In this document: positions 56,101 through 64,000 of the stretch, one piece after another | Position numbering within the stretch: the first letter of the stretch is position 1 | Layout of the letters: each line of letters starts with the position of its first letter | Assembly: GCA_964057225.1 (NCBI GenBank) | Contig: OZ059895.1 | Span: 3,348,001 to 3,412,000, forward strand | DNA from: Auanema rhodensis | Lineage: Eukaryota > Animalia > Nematoda | DNA: 64,000 nt | Reading direction: 5' to 3' | Notes under the pieces: model-generated | What the model was told of the DNA's origin: nothing | Database searches by the model: none | The model's input: the letters and a program-made list of their open reading frames with translations, nothing else | Program-made: the position numbers and the translations under genes

Positions 56101-58771
56101 ATCAACATCACTGTTCAATAGTCCTGTTGTATTAGTGAAGAAAAAGGACGATACATTTCGTTTTGTAACTGATTTCCGCGCCTTAAACAACGTTACACGG
56201 AAGCAAACATATGTAATTCCTAATATCTCCGACATTATTGATATGGCAGCTGGATCAAAATATTTTTCCAATTTTGATTTAGTTTCTGGATTTTTCCAAA
56301 TACCATTAAAGAAATCAGACCGATCCTTAACAGCCTTCACAACAAATACGGGAACGTATCAATACAGAAGGATGCCTATGGGATTATGTGGCGCTCCACA
56401 TACCTTCCAAACTGCGGTACGATATCTTCAAAGCAGATGCAAATGCAGACTATTCGTTTACTTAGACGATCTACTTGTTATATCAGATAATGCAGAACAA
56501 CACATATATGATATTGAAGAAGTACTCGAAAGAATTGAAGAACTAGGATTGAAGATAAAGCTCAAGAAATGCTCATTTGCTAGACCAGAAGTCAAATTTC
56601 TTGGGTTAATTGTTGGAAGAGATGGAGTTAAGCCTGATCCAAAGAAAGTTTCCGCCATCCAAGACTATCCTGCTCCACAGTCACCTACGGGAGTTAGAGC
56701 ATTTTTGGGAATGGTAGGATTCTTTCGGAAATTCATTAAAGACTTTGCTCACATCGCAAGCCCTCTATATGATCTCACAAAACTGGACACAGATTTCAAA
56801 TGGTCAGACCAGTGCCAACAAGCGCTAGAAAAATTAAAGAAAAGATTAATAGAAGCACCAGTACTGAAACCACCAAGAGCAGATCGTACTTTCATAATTG
56901 AAAGCGATGGCAGCAATATAGCCATCGGAGCAGTACTGTTACAACCTGAAGATCCGAATGAACCTTTGAAAAACTTACATCCTATTGCTTTTGCAAGTAG
57001 AAAATTAGTTAAAGCCGAACGAAACTATCCTCCTATTGAGATCGAAGCCCTAGGATTAGTATACGCGCTTGCTCAGTTTCGGACTTATATACTTGGATCA
57101 CACGCAATATGCATTACGGATCACCGACCATTAACAAGCTTAATGACACGAAGAGATTTGTTTGGAAGACTAGCAAAATTTCAATTAGTAATACAGGAAT
57201 ACAACATTGAGATCAGATATCGTGAAGGTAGACTAAACAAAGTCTGTGACGCTCTTTCACGATACATTGGAGACGAAGCTAATGATCCAAAGCCAGAAAA
57301 GAAAAAGAAAGTTAAAGAGCCTCAACTTGCTCAGGTTAACTTTGTTAACATACCAGACATTAAACAAATACAAGGCAATACACCTTGGATCAAAAAGACA
57401 ATTGCCGAAATTGAATACAGAACAAAGAAAAACATGCTCTCCAATGATCGTTATTGTGTAATTGATAACATGCTGTACACAAAACCGAGCACGAAAAGAC
57501 CACACCCAGCCTTAGTTTTACCACGAGAGAGCGAACTGATCAGCAAGATCATCGAAGAATTTCATGAAGACCCAGCAATCGGGGCACATCAAGGAATTAA
57601 TAAAACTAAAGAAGCCATATTACGAAGATTCTTCTGGACAAATATGCAAACGGACATAGCAATTTTTGTGAAACAATGCGTTAAATGCGCACAAAGGAAG
57701 AAAGACCCTCATGCTATGACCGTTCAGCCAATGGGTCAATTCGAAATACCATCTAAACCATTTGAGAGAATACATATGGATATCATGGGACCCTTCCCAA
57801 CATCAAAAAGAAACAACAACTACGTTCTTACAATCCAGGACTCTTTTTCCAAATGGGCGACAACTATTGCTATACCTACAATAGTTACGGACGTTGTCAT
57901 CGACAGATTCCTCAGAAATTTTGTATACATTTATGGACCTCCAAATCGACTAATAACAGATCGAGGTTCCAATTTTGTATCAAAGAAATTCGAAAATATG
58001 TGTGATAAACTCGGCATAAAACATGAACCAACACTCCCGCATCAGAAGAACTCTAACGGACAAGTGGAAAGACTACATAGGACGTTAGAAGAAGGATTAA
58101 CACATTATTTGAACGAAGAAATTACTGATTGGGACTTATTTTTGCCAAAAGTCACCTTTGCGTTAAACACCACAACACACTCAACAACAGGAATATCACC
58201 ATATATAGCTTTATTCGGAAAAGAAAGTCGTATGAGACTCGATAAAGAATTATCACCTGAAACACCGGAATCAGGAACAATATCCATTGATATAGAAAAC
58301 ATGGAACAACTTCGTCAAGAAAGAAAATCTCTCATTCAAGATAACTTGGAAAAACATCAGCAACAAGCAAAGAAGAAACACGATTCAAGACAACGAATTG
58401 AAGAAAGGGACATCCGTGAAGGAGACCAAGTTATGTTGACCATTAAGTCACATAAAATAGGTCAAAAGCTGAGGAAATGTTATGATGGACCCTTTGAGGT
58501 CATCAAAGTAAAAGGATCAATGGTACAAATCAAGAATCCTTTTGGAAAACTCCAAGATATACACAAAGACAACTTGAAACTTTTCAATCGAAGTTCAACA
58601 TGTGGAGCAGCACACAACACTCGCTCCAAAGCTAGAAACAGCGACTCAGATGACGACAGTGACATCGAAATTATCGAAGTTATACACGGAGACAATAACG
58701 AAGAATTAGACACCGAAATTGACTCAGAAGACCCATCAGATCATAATTGGATACCATCAAGAAGAAGATAA
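50102..58771 (+). CDS. Gag-Env-Pol polyprotein (single ORF, 2889 codons from GTG; first in-frame ATG at 50807)
   Basis: No stops or frameshifts over 8.67 kb; domain motifs are listed in the sub-features. The true start is uncertain (GTG 50102, ATG 50807 in an AAAAAAATG context, or spliced). Confidence 0.95.
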   Translation: MERRYNSAVPLSTHSNPDPRDSAPVTRSRTRAQSVAIINEDTAEEKPNVEKFYTPRAGTFSPSERSSDPDYIPSGDDERPLVIDEQTPNTTTKEKVRSSNIHKNKNNKNLNNSDISLSLSSQEPTGSPSTTGLQSLKNKVVDLLNRSPKDPNPKSSRAQRLATIPNTYTRYTLSPITSPEQRKLLKNNPQTSTPILNSPRLDELTTPNQYNQTEHITPTSGSSRSAHTVIAVPKKMTEPATNLPGAGKTTIAQVLTSPYCPVYDGSRNFRDFTAKFNVFANALGLVIPERLTLLPLLLKNDAAEEAYKQTPEHLKTSGSWNDLLAALTSKLCPEYNQDPALISLQNTSQGDLSIDAFAQALRTISLSAFASDDPHKDHILRSTFLRGLKNTLKAGVIRARPKTFAEAIEAARWEESILNQTADTQAMLVNAVNQALAPFTRNKERRDNRTFDRSYQRGNQNYQNYQNYQTNKNRSNYNNFQQRNNNFGNNRRPNNFGRNNERQNSNNGTNWYQNNYNPRYNNQGGRNGQRRVQFKERRNQSRGRDRSSSRVNSISLSPLSLTVVMALAAAILLPCASSYQACTKATGGALLMPPTLKKCKLTEANHVIQTQVHLYTRNHTAHEWDAWRCSKEVHRLCVRDLLFLRDSNKTIDRIEPISVQSCRQAIRDRKWNNMELERIDSIAQATPEPSFDPARAFSRDECEERSRLVLERGVMTRMPDDTILSNLLLNTEGCSAHHGNCKSKNSIIIWDPQTTDSRCNYIDMHTYEAIISGDTILIPSTQSALILSNKPTPKPIASCFRQSAFHTTSGNYIILPKFPNDNNITILVEREFRKLPFKRQKRAIATGCSFPLDQDRVMEVEDFETHTLHICPYAFLRPIMSNPGITQIISLIKGRRMADPTYSLKEWITANREKFEFFFKIQIYDKSLRHFLKQYDFRDKDEAILQYVAQRELALATKTGISYLTPKQLLQQISDRLTVIEFDRILHTKEGTYRERTESIALDLANTPVIIEENLTVPSRQEVLQSFVKLPPIRQKILTNEEAQKSEFIQETINLVTELKTLIKIRKNKTAADIDEMKFINLPASRMFVQNTDKLFYDIKNNFGIPIGPHPKLIKPSKISKDLLLKIFLPLLAEKKLPYTSSRISPEHLRRLMAEKLELESLQTTTRTPSVAAGGAAATSAQPIIDRKTTIESDPAMQPHAITSPQATAATTARAPSSTAEPKITESYTTATTTARATISTSQAPTSTKLYATYKDQQIPIMDEITYLPTTLIRKQRASSTPTAKEIQSVQAQAHYIASKIDSEEQYRQNITSKIAQDHLQYATTMIQSELQKHFKESYESICEIQNRYLELWRSILQIEPTIAMRTILGREDIAARFVGSEILHVHVCPTVFTKTIYHNHTVNNTCYLETPILTEEGQLLFAAPGSKDLLPHGKEINCDHVPTDVWSADGEWKGINGTVDVSLISMGDGLHHEKITPLKFTGAHLYTNLTSRVYSMTTAIAYGASLASIRQNHVLHTIHNDPKISAAYSVLKKSSDYISKAHEFTKNTWNSFIDTMVGTIERTLITIGAITSVIIIVIILAFIIKVYFLKSIPIPVMHIELKDRNSNPPTYEETLELVTQPDQPIPRNIMKQYYPSILTYIPIAIPLVCSISKRKDQSLPLLWMTVNDRLVLTLWDSGSSISYIRVSTLHYLTLNDFVKNNKSSATTANGSEFRFIGTIDLTVEIAGYEIDHTFYISNDEDCPSPALIGLDFMKTLDSQNIGMKLRPYKRTLEIGNRVVRLANGIDGRLSKTSTTVNLINLKQRDMLPNETCTLQVQLEKPIRDDSFAMLSIDNNKMLTPKYHTAFRDVNSIDITFKNNSNKFIELPSGHVITKAEIGIMPDYEIFTTDQKQDYIPPEADWESKLPTFPTDFMKELDLKDADLTQNLKDHLRSIIRRRKKAFLNEDKNIGLFKGPVEHSIPLRTDMDMPKPRITRIPLGKQEEIERQVQEMLQQGIIEPSTSLFNSPVVLVKKKDDTFRFVTDFRALNNVTRKQTYVIPNISDIIDMAAGSKYFSNFDLVSGFFQIPLKKSDRSLTAFTTNTGTYQYRRMPMGLCGAPHTFQTAVRYLQSRCKCRLFVYLDDLLVISDNAEQHIYDIEEVLERIEELGLKIKLKKCSFARPEVKFLGLIVGRDGVKPDPKKVSAIQDYPAPQSPTGVRAFLGMVGFFRKFIKDFAHIASPLYDLTKLDTDFKWSDQCQQALEKLKKRLIEAPVLKPPRADRTFIIESDGSNIAIGAVLLQPEDPNEPLKNLHPIAFASRKLVKAERNYPPIEIEALGLVYALAQFRTYILGSHAICITDHRPLTSLMTRRDLFGRLAKFQLVIQEYNIEIRYREGRLNKVCDALSRYIGDEANDPKPEKKKKVKEPQLAQVNFVNIPDIKQIQGNTPWIKKTIAEIEYRTKKNMLSNDRYCVIDNMLYTKPSTKRPHPALVLPRESELISKIIEEFHEDPAIGAHQGINKTKEAILRRFFWTNMQTDIAIFVKQCVKCAQRKKDPHAMTVQPMGQFEIPSKPFERIHMDIMGPFPTSKRNNNYVLTIQDSFSKWATTIAIPTIVTDVVIDRFLRNFVYIYGPPNRLITDRGSNFVSKKFENMCDKLGIKHEPTLPHQKNSNGQVERLHRTLEEGLTHYLNEEITDWDLFLPKVTFALNTTTHSTTGISPYIALFGKESRMRLDKELSPETPESGTISIDIENMEQLRQERKSLIQDNLEKHQQQAKKKHDSRQRIEERDIREGDQVMLTIKSHKIGQKLRKCYDGPFEVIKVKGSMVQIKNPFGKLQDIHKDNLKLFNRSSTCGAAHNTRSKARNSDSDDDSDIEIIEVIHGDNNEELDTEIDSEDPSDHNWIPSRRR
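50807..51751 (+). other. gag: Gag region: capsid-like domain followed by an N/Q/R-rich low-complexity nucleocapsid-position segment
   Basis: PVYDGSRNFRDFTAKF start and FLRGLKNTLKAGVIRARPKTFAEAIEAARWEE end are typical of Ty3/gypsy capsid. No CCHC knuckle; QNY x3 repeat at 51479-51505. Confidence 0.85.
51752..55045 (+). other. env: Envelope glycoprotein region, herpesvirus gB / class III fusogen-like
   Basis: Hydrophobic signal-like LSLTVVMALAAAILLPCASS (~51776-51835); Cys-rich ectodomain with about 10 N-x-T sequons; furin RQKR (52616-52627); S/T/A/P-rich stretch (53582-53850); gB-like CEIQNRYLELWRSILQIEPTIAMRTILGREDIAARFVGSEILHVHVC (54128-54268) followed by CYLETP; TM helix (54791-54871). Confidence 0.85.
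55058..55450 (+). other. Retropepsin-type aspartic protease domain
   Basis: LWDSGSSISYI (catalytic D at 55130), TANGS flap-like motif, ALIGLDFM. Boundaries approximate. Confidence 0.9.
55950..56850 (+). other. Reverse transcriptase domain
   Basis: IIEPSTSLFNSPVVLVKKKD, FVTDFRALN, FDLVSGFFQI, TAF, RMPMGL, YLDD (56459-56470), FLG. Boundaries approximate. Confidence 0.97.
56885..57265 (+). other. RNase H domain
   Basis: ESDGSNIAIGAVLLQ, PIAFASRKL..AERNY, EIEAL, TDHRPL, CDALSR. Confidence 0.95.
57540..58590 (+). other. Integrase (HHCC zinc-binding, DDE core, GPF/GPY module)
   Basis: FHEDPAIGAHQG...CVKC; IHMDIMGP, ITDRGSNF, NGQVERLHRTL; YDGPFEV. No chromodomain visible. Confidence 0.95.
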
Positions 58772-59461
58772 AACAACCACATTGATTATACTCTTGTTAA
58801 AAATTTTGCATAAAAATCGTTTTAAGGAAACTAGAGCTAAAAATTAATTTTACCAACACAAACAACAGATAGATGAGCAGTAAGCTATAACTTGATGAGC
58901 AGTCATGTTTCAAGCACATCGAAAAAAAAATATATATATAATAATAGCTACAAATTATCATAAAAGTTACTCCAATCTCAAATAATTTCCCCTAAAAACC
59001 CGAAGAAATGAAAGATGAGAGACATTATATTGCAATCAAAGCTGAGCAACAGTCATCATCAAGTAATTAATGATTCATTTCCGGAAATTATACGGGATTG
59101 TTTTAATAATTCCAAACAAATAATGTTTTCTTTCAAAACTGAAGAAACAGCCTAGCTTCATTGAGAGTATAACTTAGCTCTCGCTACTCTGCTCTATATT
59201 GGTTAGACATACAGCGTCGTGCCCAAAAAGCTACTTTCATGCACTTTCGCTGTCAAAATATAGCTCTAGTATTCTTAAAAGATTGTGCTTTTGCTTTATA
59301 CTCATGTATTATTTTATTTAAAACTTATTAAATCCTTTTTAGACAATATTGTTGAGGTTAATATTGTATAATTTTGTATTATTTGAACAACAACAATGTA
59401 TTTTAACAAGTAAATCCTCTAAACCTCTTGCTACGATTGAAACAAGCCACACATTTTGATA

Positions 59462-59477
59462 GTCGCGAGGACGCGAC
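59462..59477 (+). promoter_or_regulatory. Short hairpin GTCGCG-AGGA-CGCGAC upstream of the plus-strand priming site
   Basis: Perfect 6-bp inverted repeat with a 4-nt loop, 20 nt before the 3' LTR. Similar GAGGAC-centred hairpins precede the PPT in many gypsy elements. Confidence 0.55.
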
Positions 59478-59485
59478 ATAAACTC

Positions 59486-59497
59486 GAAAAAATGGCA
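59486..59497 (+). promoter_or_regulatory. Candidate polypurine tract (weak)
   Basis: GAAAAAATGGCA (10 of 12 purines) directly precedes the 3' LTR. Confidence 0.55.
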
Positions 59498-59833
59498 CGT
59501 TCCATTCGGATGATCAATACGTAGCAGGCGGGTTAGAGCTAGACGACAAGAGACGAGAGGAGCTGACACGCCCTTTATATGGAACTCAGACTTTAGTTCT
59601 GTCTCATGGAATGACTAAGGATGGCTTGTCATCTCCTCAGAGCTCACCTATAGTTTATATCTCTTTAATTTTTATCGTAACTTATTGTAATCATTATGTA
59701 GAATAAACCTTTCTTTTCATGAGTCTTATGTTATCCATTATGCTCTATTAATACCGCTACATCTGGAACACTGTATCGCACATCTTATAGACTACATTGG
59801 TCTAAAGGATAGATGCGAGAGCATAACGGAACG
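59498..59833 (+). repeat. 3' LTR (336 bp)
   Basis: CGTTCC...GGAACG; 331/336 identical to the 5' LTR; AATAAA at 59702-59707. Confidence 0.97.
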
Positions 59834-62800
59834 AGCCTACGTAGGAAAACATCCGTTCAAGCAACAGAACTTGGGAAGATCCATGTCTGATTAGACGGTC
59901 AGTTTATTATTTAAGGGTAACCTGTGCTGCGTATAATTTATGGGTGTACAAAAATCAAAGTTTATTACTATCTTTACAAAATAGATACAAAAAAATTGGA
60001 ATGTGATCACATGTTCTGATGTTTTGAAGGGCATGTTTTACTAGCCTACGTAGGAAAACATCCATTCAAGCAACAGAACTAGGAAAGATCCATGTCTGAT
60101 TAGTCGGTCAGTTCATTATTTAAGGGTAACCTGTGCTGCGTATAATTTATGGGTGTACAAAAATCAAAGTTCTTAATCAAAGTTTAAAAAACAAACTGAA
60201 TAAAAGTTAGAAAATCTGAATTAAAATCTTTCCAACATAGTGTTCAACATATGATATATTACTATCTTTACAAAATAGATACAAAAAAATTGGAATGTGA
60301 TCACATGTTCTGATGCTTTGAAGGGCATGTTTTACTAGCCTACGTAGGAAAACATCCGTTCAAGCAACAGAACTTGGGAAGATCCATGTCTGATTAGACG
60401 GTCAGTTCATTATTTAAGGGTAACCTGTGCTGCGTATAATTTATGGGTGTACAAAAATCAAAGTTTATTACTATCTTTACAAAATAGATACAAAAAAATT
60501 GGAATGTGATCACATGTTCTGATGTTTTGAAGGGCATGTTTTACTAGCCTACGTAGGAAAACATCCATTCAAGCAACAGAACTTGGGAAGATCCATGTCT
60601 GATTAGACGGTCAGTTCATTATTTAAGGGTAACCTGTGCTGCGTATATTTTATGGGTGTACAAACAACAAGGTTCTTAATCAAAGTTTAGAAAACAAACT
60701 GAGTGAAAGTTGAAAAAATCTGAATTAAAATCTTTCCAACATAGTGTTCAACATATGATATATTACTATCTTTACAAGATAGATACAAAAAAATTGGAAT
60801 GTGATCACATGTTCTGATGCTTTGAAGGGCATGTTTTACTAGCCTACGTAGGAAAACATCCGTTCAAGCAACAGAACTTGGGAAGATCCATGTCTGATTA
60901 GACGGTCAGTTCATTATCTAAGGGTAACCTGTGCTGCGTATAATTTATGGGTGTACAAAAATCAAAGTTTATTACTATCTTTACAAAATAGATACAAAAA
61001 AATTGGAATGTGATCACATGTTCTGATGTTTTGAAGGGCATGTTTTACTAGCCTACGTAGGAAAACATCCATTCAAGCAACAGAACTAGGAAAGATCCAT
61101 GTCTGATTAGTCGGTCAGTTCATTATTTAAGGGTAACCTGTGCTGCGTATAATTTATGGGTGTACAAAAATCAAAGTTCTTAATCAAAGTTTAAAAAACA
61201 AACTGAATAAAAGTTAGAAAATCTGAATTAAAATCTTTCCAACATAGTGTTCAACATATGATATATTACTATCTTTACAAGATAGATACAAAAAAATTGG
61301 AATGTGATCACATGTTCTGATGCTTTGAAGGGCATGTTTTACTAGCCTACGTAGGAAAACATCCATTCAAGCAACAGAACTAGGAAAGATCCATGTCTGA
61401 TTAGTCGGTCAGTTCATTATTTAAGGGTAACCTGTGCTGCGTATAATTTATGGGTGTACAAAAATCAAAGTTTATTACTATCTTTACAAGATAGATACAA
61501 AAAAATTGGAATGTGATCACATGTTCTGATGCTTTGAAGGGCATGTTTTACTAGCCTACGTAGGAAAACATCCATTCAAGCAACAGAACTAGGAAAGATC
61601 CATGTCTGATTAGACGGTCAGTTCATTATTTAAGGGTAACCTGTGCTGCGTATATTTTATGGGTGTACAAACAACAAGGTTCTTAATCAAAGTTTAGAAA
61701 ACAAACTGAGTGAAAGTTGAAAAAATCTGAATTAAAATCTTTCCAACATAGTGTTCAACATATGATATATTACTATCTTTACAAAATAGATACAAAAAAA
61801 TTGGAATGTGATCACATGTTCTGATGCTTTGAAGGGCATGTTTTACTAGCCTACGTAGGAAAACATCCGTTCAAGCAACAGAACTTGGGAAGATCCATGT
61901 CTGATTAGACGGTCAGTTCATTATTTAAGGGTAACCTGTGCTGCGTATAATTTATGGGTGTACAAAAATCAAAGTTTATTACTATCTTTACAAAATAGAT
62001 ACAAAAAAATTGGAATGTGATCACATGTTCTGATGTTTTGAAGGGCATGTTTTACTAGCCTACGTAGGAAAACATCCATTCAAGCAACAGAACTTGGGAA
62101 GATCCATGTCTGATTAGACGGTCAGTTCATTATTTAAGGGTAACCTGTGCTGCGTATATTTTATGGGTGTACAAAAATCAAAGTTCTTAATCAAAGTTTA
62201 GAAAACAAACTGAGTGAAAGTTGAAAAAATCTGAATTAAAATCTTTCCAACATAGTGTTCAACATATGATATATTACTATCTTTACAAGATAGATACAAA
62301 AAAATTGGAATGTGATCACATGTTCTGATGCTTTGAAGGGCATGTTTTACTAGCCTACGTAGGAAAACATCCGTTCAAGCAACAGAACTTGGGAAGATCC
62401 ATGTCTGATTAGACGGTCAGTTCATTATCTAAGGGTAACCTGTGCTGCGTATAATTTATGGGTGTACAAAAATCAAAGTTTATTACTATCTTTACAAAAT
62501 AGATACAAAAAAATTGGAATGTGATCACATGTTCTGATGTTTTGAAGGGCATGTTTTACTAGCCTACGTAGGAAAACATCCATTCAAGCAACAGAACTAG
62601 GAAAGATCCATGTCTGATTAGTCGGTCAGTTCATTATTTAAGGGTAACCTGTGCTGCGTATAATTTATGGGTGTACAAAAATCAAAGTTCTTAATCAAAG
62701 TTTAAAAAACAAACTGAATAAAAGTTAGAAAATCTGAATTAAAATCTTTCCAACATAGTGTTCAACATATGATATATTACTATCTTTACAAGATAGATAC

Positions 62801-64000
62801 AAAAAAATTGGAATGTGATCACATGTTCTGATGCTTTGAAGGGCATGTTTTACTAGCCTACGTAGGAAAACATCCATTCAAGCAACAGAACTAGGAAAGA
62901 TCCATGTCTGATTAGTCGGTCAGTTCATTATTTAAGGGTAACCTGTGCTGCGTATAATTTATGGGTGTACAAAAATCAAAGTTTATTACTATCTTTACAA
63001 GATAGATACAAAAAAATTGGAATGTGATCACATGTTCTGATGCTTTGAAGGGCATGTTTTACTAGCCTACGTAGGAAAACATCCATTCAAGCAACAGAAC
63101 TAGGAAAGATCCATGTCTGATTAGACGGTCAGTTCATTATTTAAGGGTAACCTGTGCTGCGTATATTTTATGGGTGTACAAACAACAAGGTTCTTAATCA
63201 AAGTTTAGAAAACAAACTGAGTGAAAGTTGAAAAAATCTGAATTAAAATCTTTCCAACATAGTGTTCAACATATGATATATTACTATCTTTACAAGATAG
63301 ATACAAAAAAATTGGAATGTGATCACATGTTCTGATGCTTTGAAGGGCATGTTTTACTAGCCTACGTAGGAAAACATCCATTCAAGCAACAGAACTAGGA
63401 AAGATCCATGTCTGATTAGACGGTCAGTTCATTATTTAAGGGTAACCTGTGCTGCGTATATTTTATGGGTGTACAAACAACAAGGTTCTTAATCAAAGTT
63501 TAGAAAACAAACTGAGTGAAAGTTGAAAAAATCTGAATTAAAATCTTTCCAACATAGTGTTCAACATATGATATATTACTATCTTTACAAGATAGATACA
63601 AAAAAATTGGAATGTGATCACATGTTCTGATGCTTTGAAGGGCATGTTTTACTAGCCTACGTAGGAAAACATCCATTCAAGCAACAGAACTTGGGAAGAT
63701 CCATGTCTGATTAGACGGTCAGTTCATTATTTAAGGGTAACCTGTGCTGCGTATATTTTATGGGTGTACAAACAACAAGGTTCTTAATCAAAGTTTAGAA
63801 AACAAACTGAGTGAAAGTTGAAAAAATCTGAATTAAAATCTTTCCAACATAGTGTTCAACATATGATATATTACTATCTTTACAAGATAGATACAAAAAA
63901 ATTGGAATGTGATCACATGTTCTGATGCTTTGAAGGGCATGTTTTACTAGCCTACGTAGGAAAACATCCGTTCAAGCAACAGAACTTGGGAAGATCCATG
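59834..64000 (-). repeat. Same satellite family in inverted orientation (continues beyond the window)
   Basis: AGCCTACGTAGGAAAACATCCGTTCAAGCAACAGAACTTGGGAAGATCC is the reverse complement of the left-array monomer. Unit starts at 59834, 60043, 60337, 60546, 60841 and onward. Confidence 0.99.

Larger units (their letters stand above)
48340..59833 (+). mobile_element. Full-length Ty3/gypsy (Metaviridae)-type LTR retroelement / endogenous virus with an internal env
   Basis: Two 336-bp direct LTRs, a PBS directly after the 5' LTR, and one long ORF with capsid-like, aspartic protease, RT, RNase H and integrase motifs in PR-RT-RH-IN order. Gypsy-type motifs: SPVVLVKKKD, DFRALN, RMPMGL, YLDD, TDHRPL, DALSR, GPF. 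Confidence 0.97.

Noticed and set aside
58772-59460. A conventional 3' env or accessory ORF after integrase
   Set aside because: This ~700-bp AT-rich region has no plus-strand ORF of 60 aa or more, so it is treated as 3' UTR.
50611-59569. Short antisense and alternate-frame ORFs overlapping the polyprotein and 3' LTR, including the Ile-rich 51453-51785
   Set aside because: Shadow ORFs of a long coding frame. The Ile-rich one simply reflects AAT repeats read in another frame; none has a recognisable motif.
48340-59833. Classification as BEL/Pao, copia or vertebrate retrovirus
   Set aside because: IN follows RT-RH, so it is not copia. The RT/RH motifs and GPF module are gypsy-type, and the triple Cys-His Gag knuckles of BEL/Pao are absent.

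Overview
This is eukaryotic, AT-rich, gene-free heterochromatin or centromere-like DNA. Bases 1-48339 are a homogeneous tandem satellite: 294/295-bp monomers plus recurrent 209/210-bp and 167-bp deletion monomers, arranged in local higher-order duplications. Bases 48340-59833 are an apparently intact 11.5-kb Ty3/gypsy-type LTR retroelement with 336-bp LTRs (5 mismatches), non-canonical CG...CG termini, a tRNA-Gln primer-binding site and no target-site duplication. Bases 59834-64000 are the same satellite in the opposite orientation, with a different monomer arrangement. The main finding is the element's single uninterrupted 2889-codon ORF, ordered Gag - Env - PR - RT - RNaseH - IN. A ~1100-aa envelope glycoprotein sits in frame between Gag and protease. 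It has an internal signal peptide, a furin site, a mucin-like stretch, a herpesvirus gB/class III-like core motif, a TM anchor and a PPxY tail. This implies a membrane-threaded polyprotein, flavivirus-like in topology, instead of the usual separate 3' env. All calls are by-eye motif reading; no searches were run and the host species cannot be determined.
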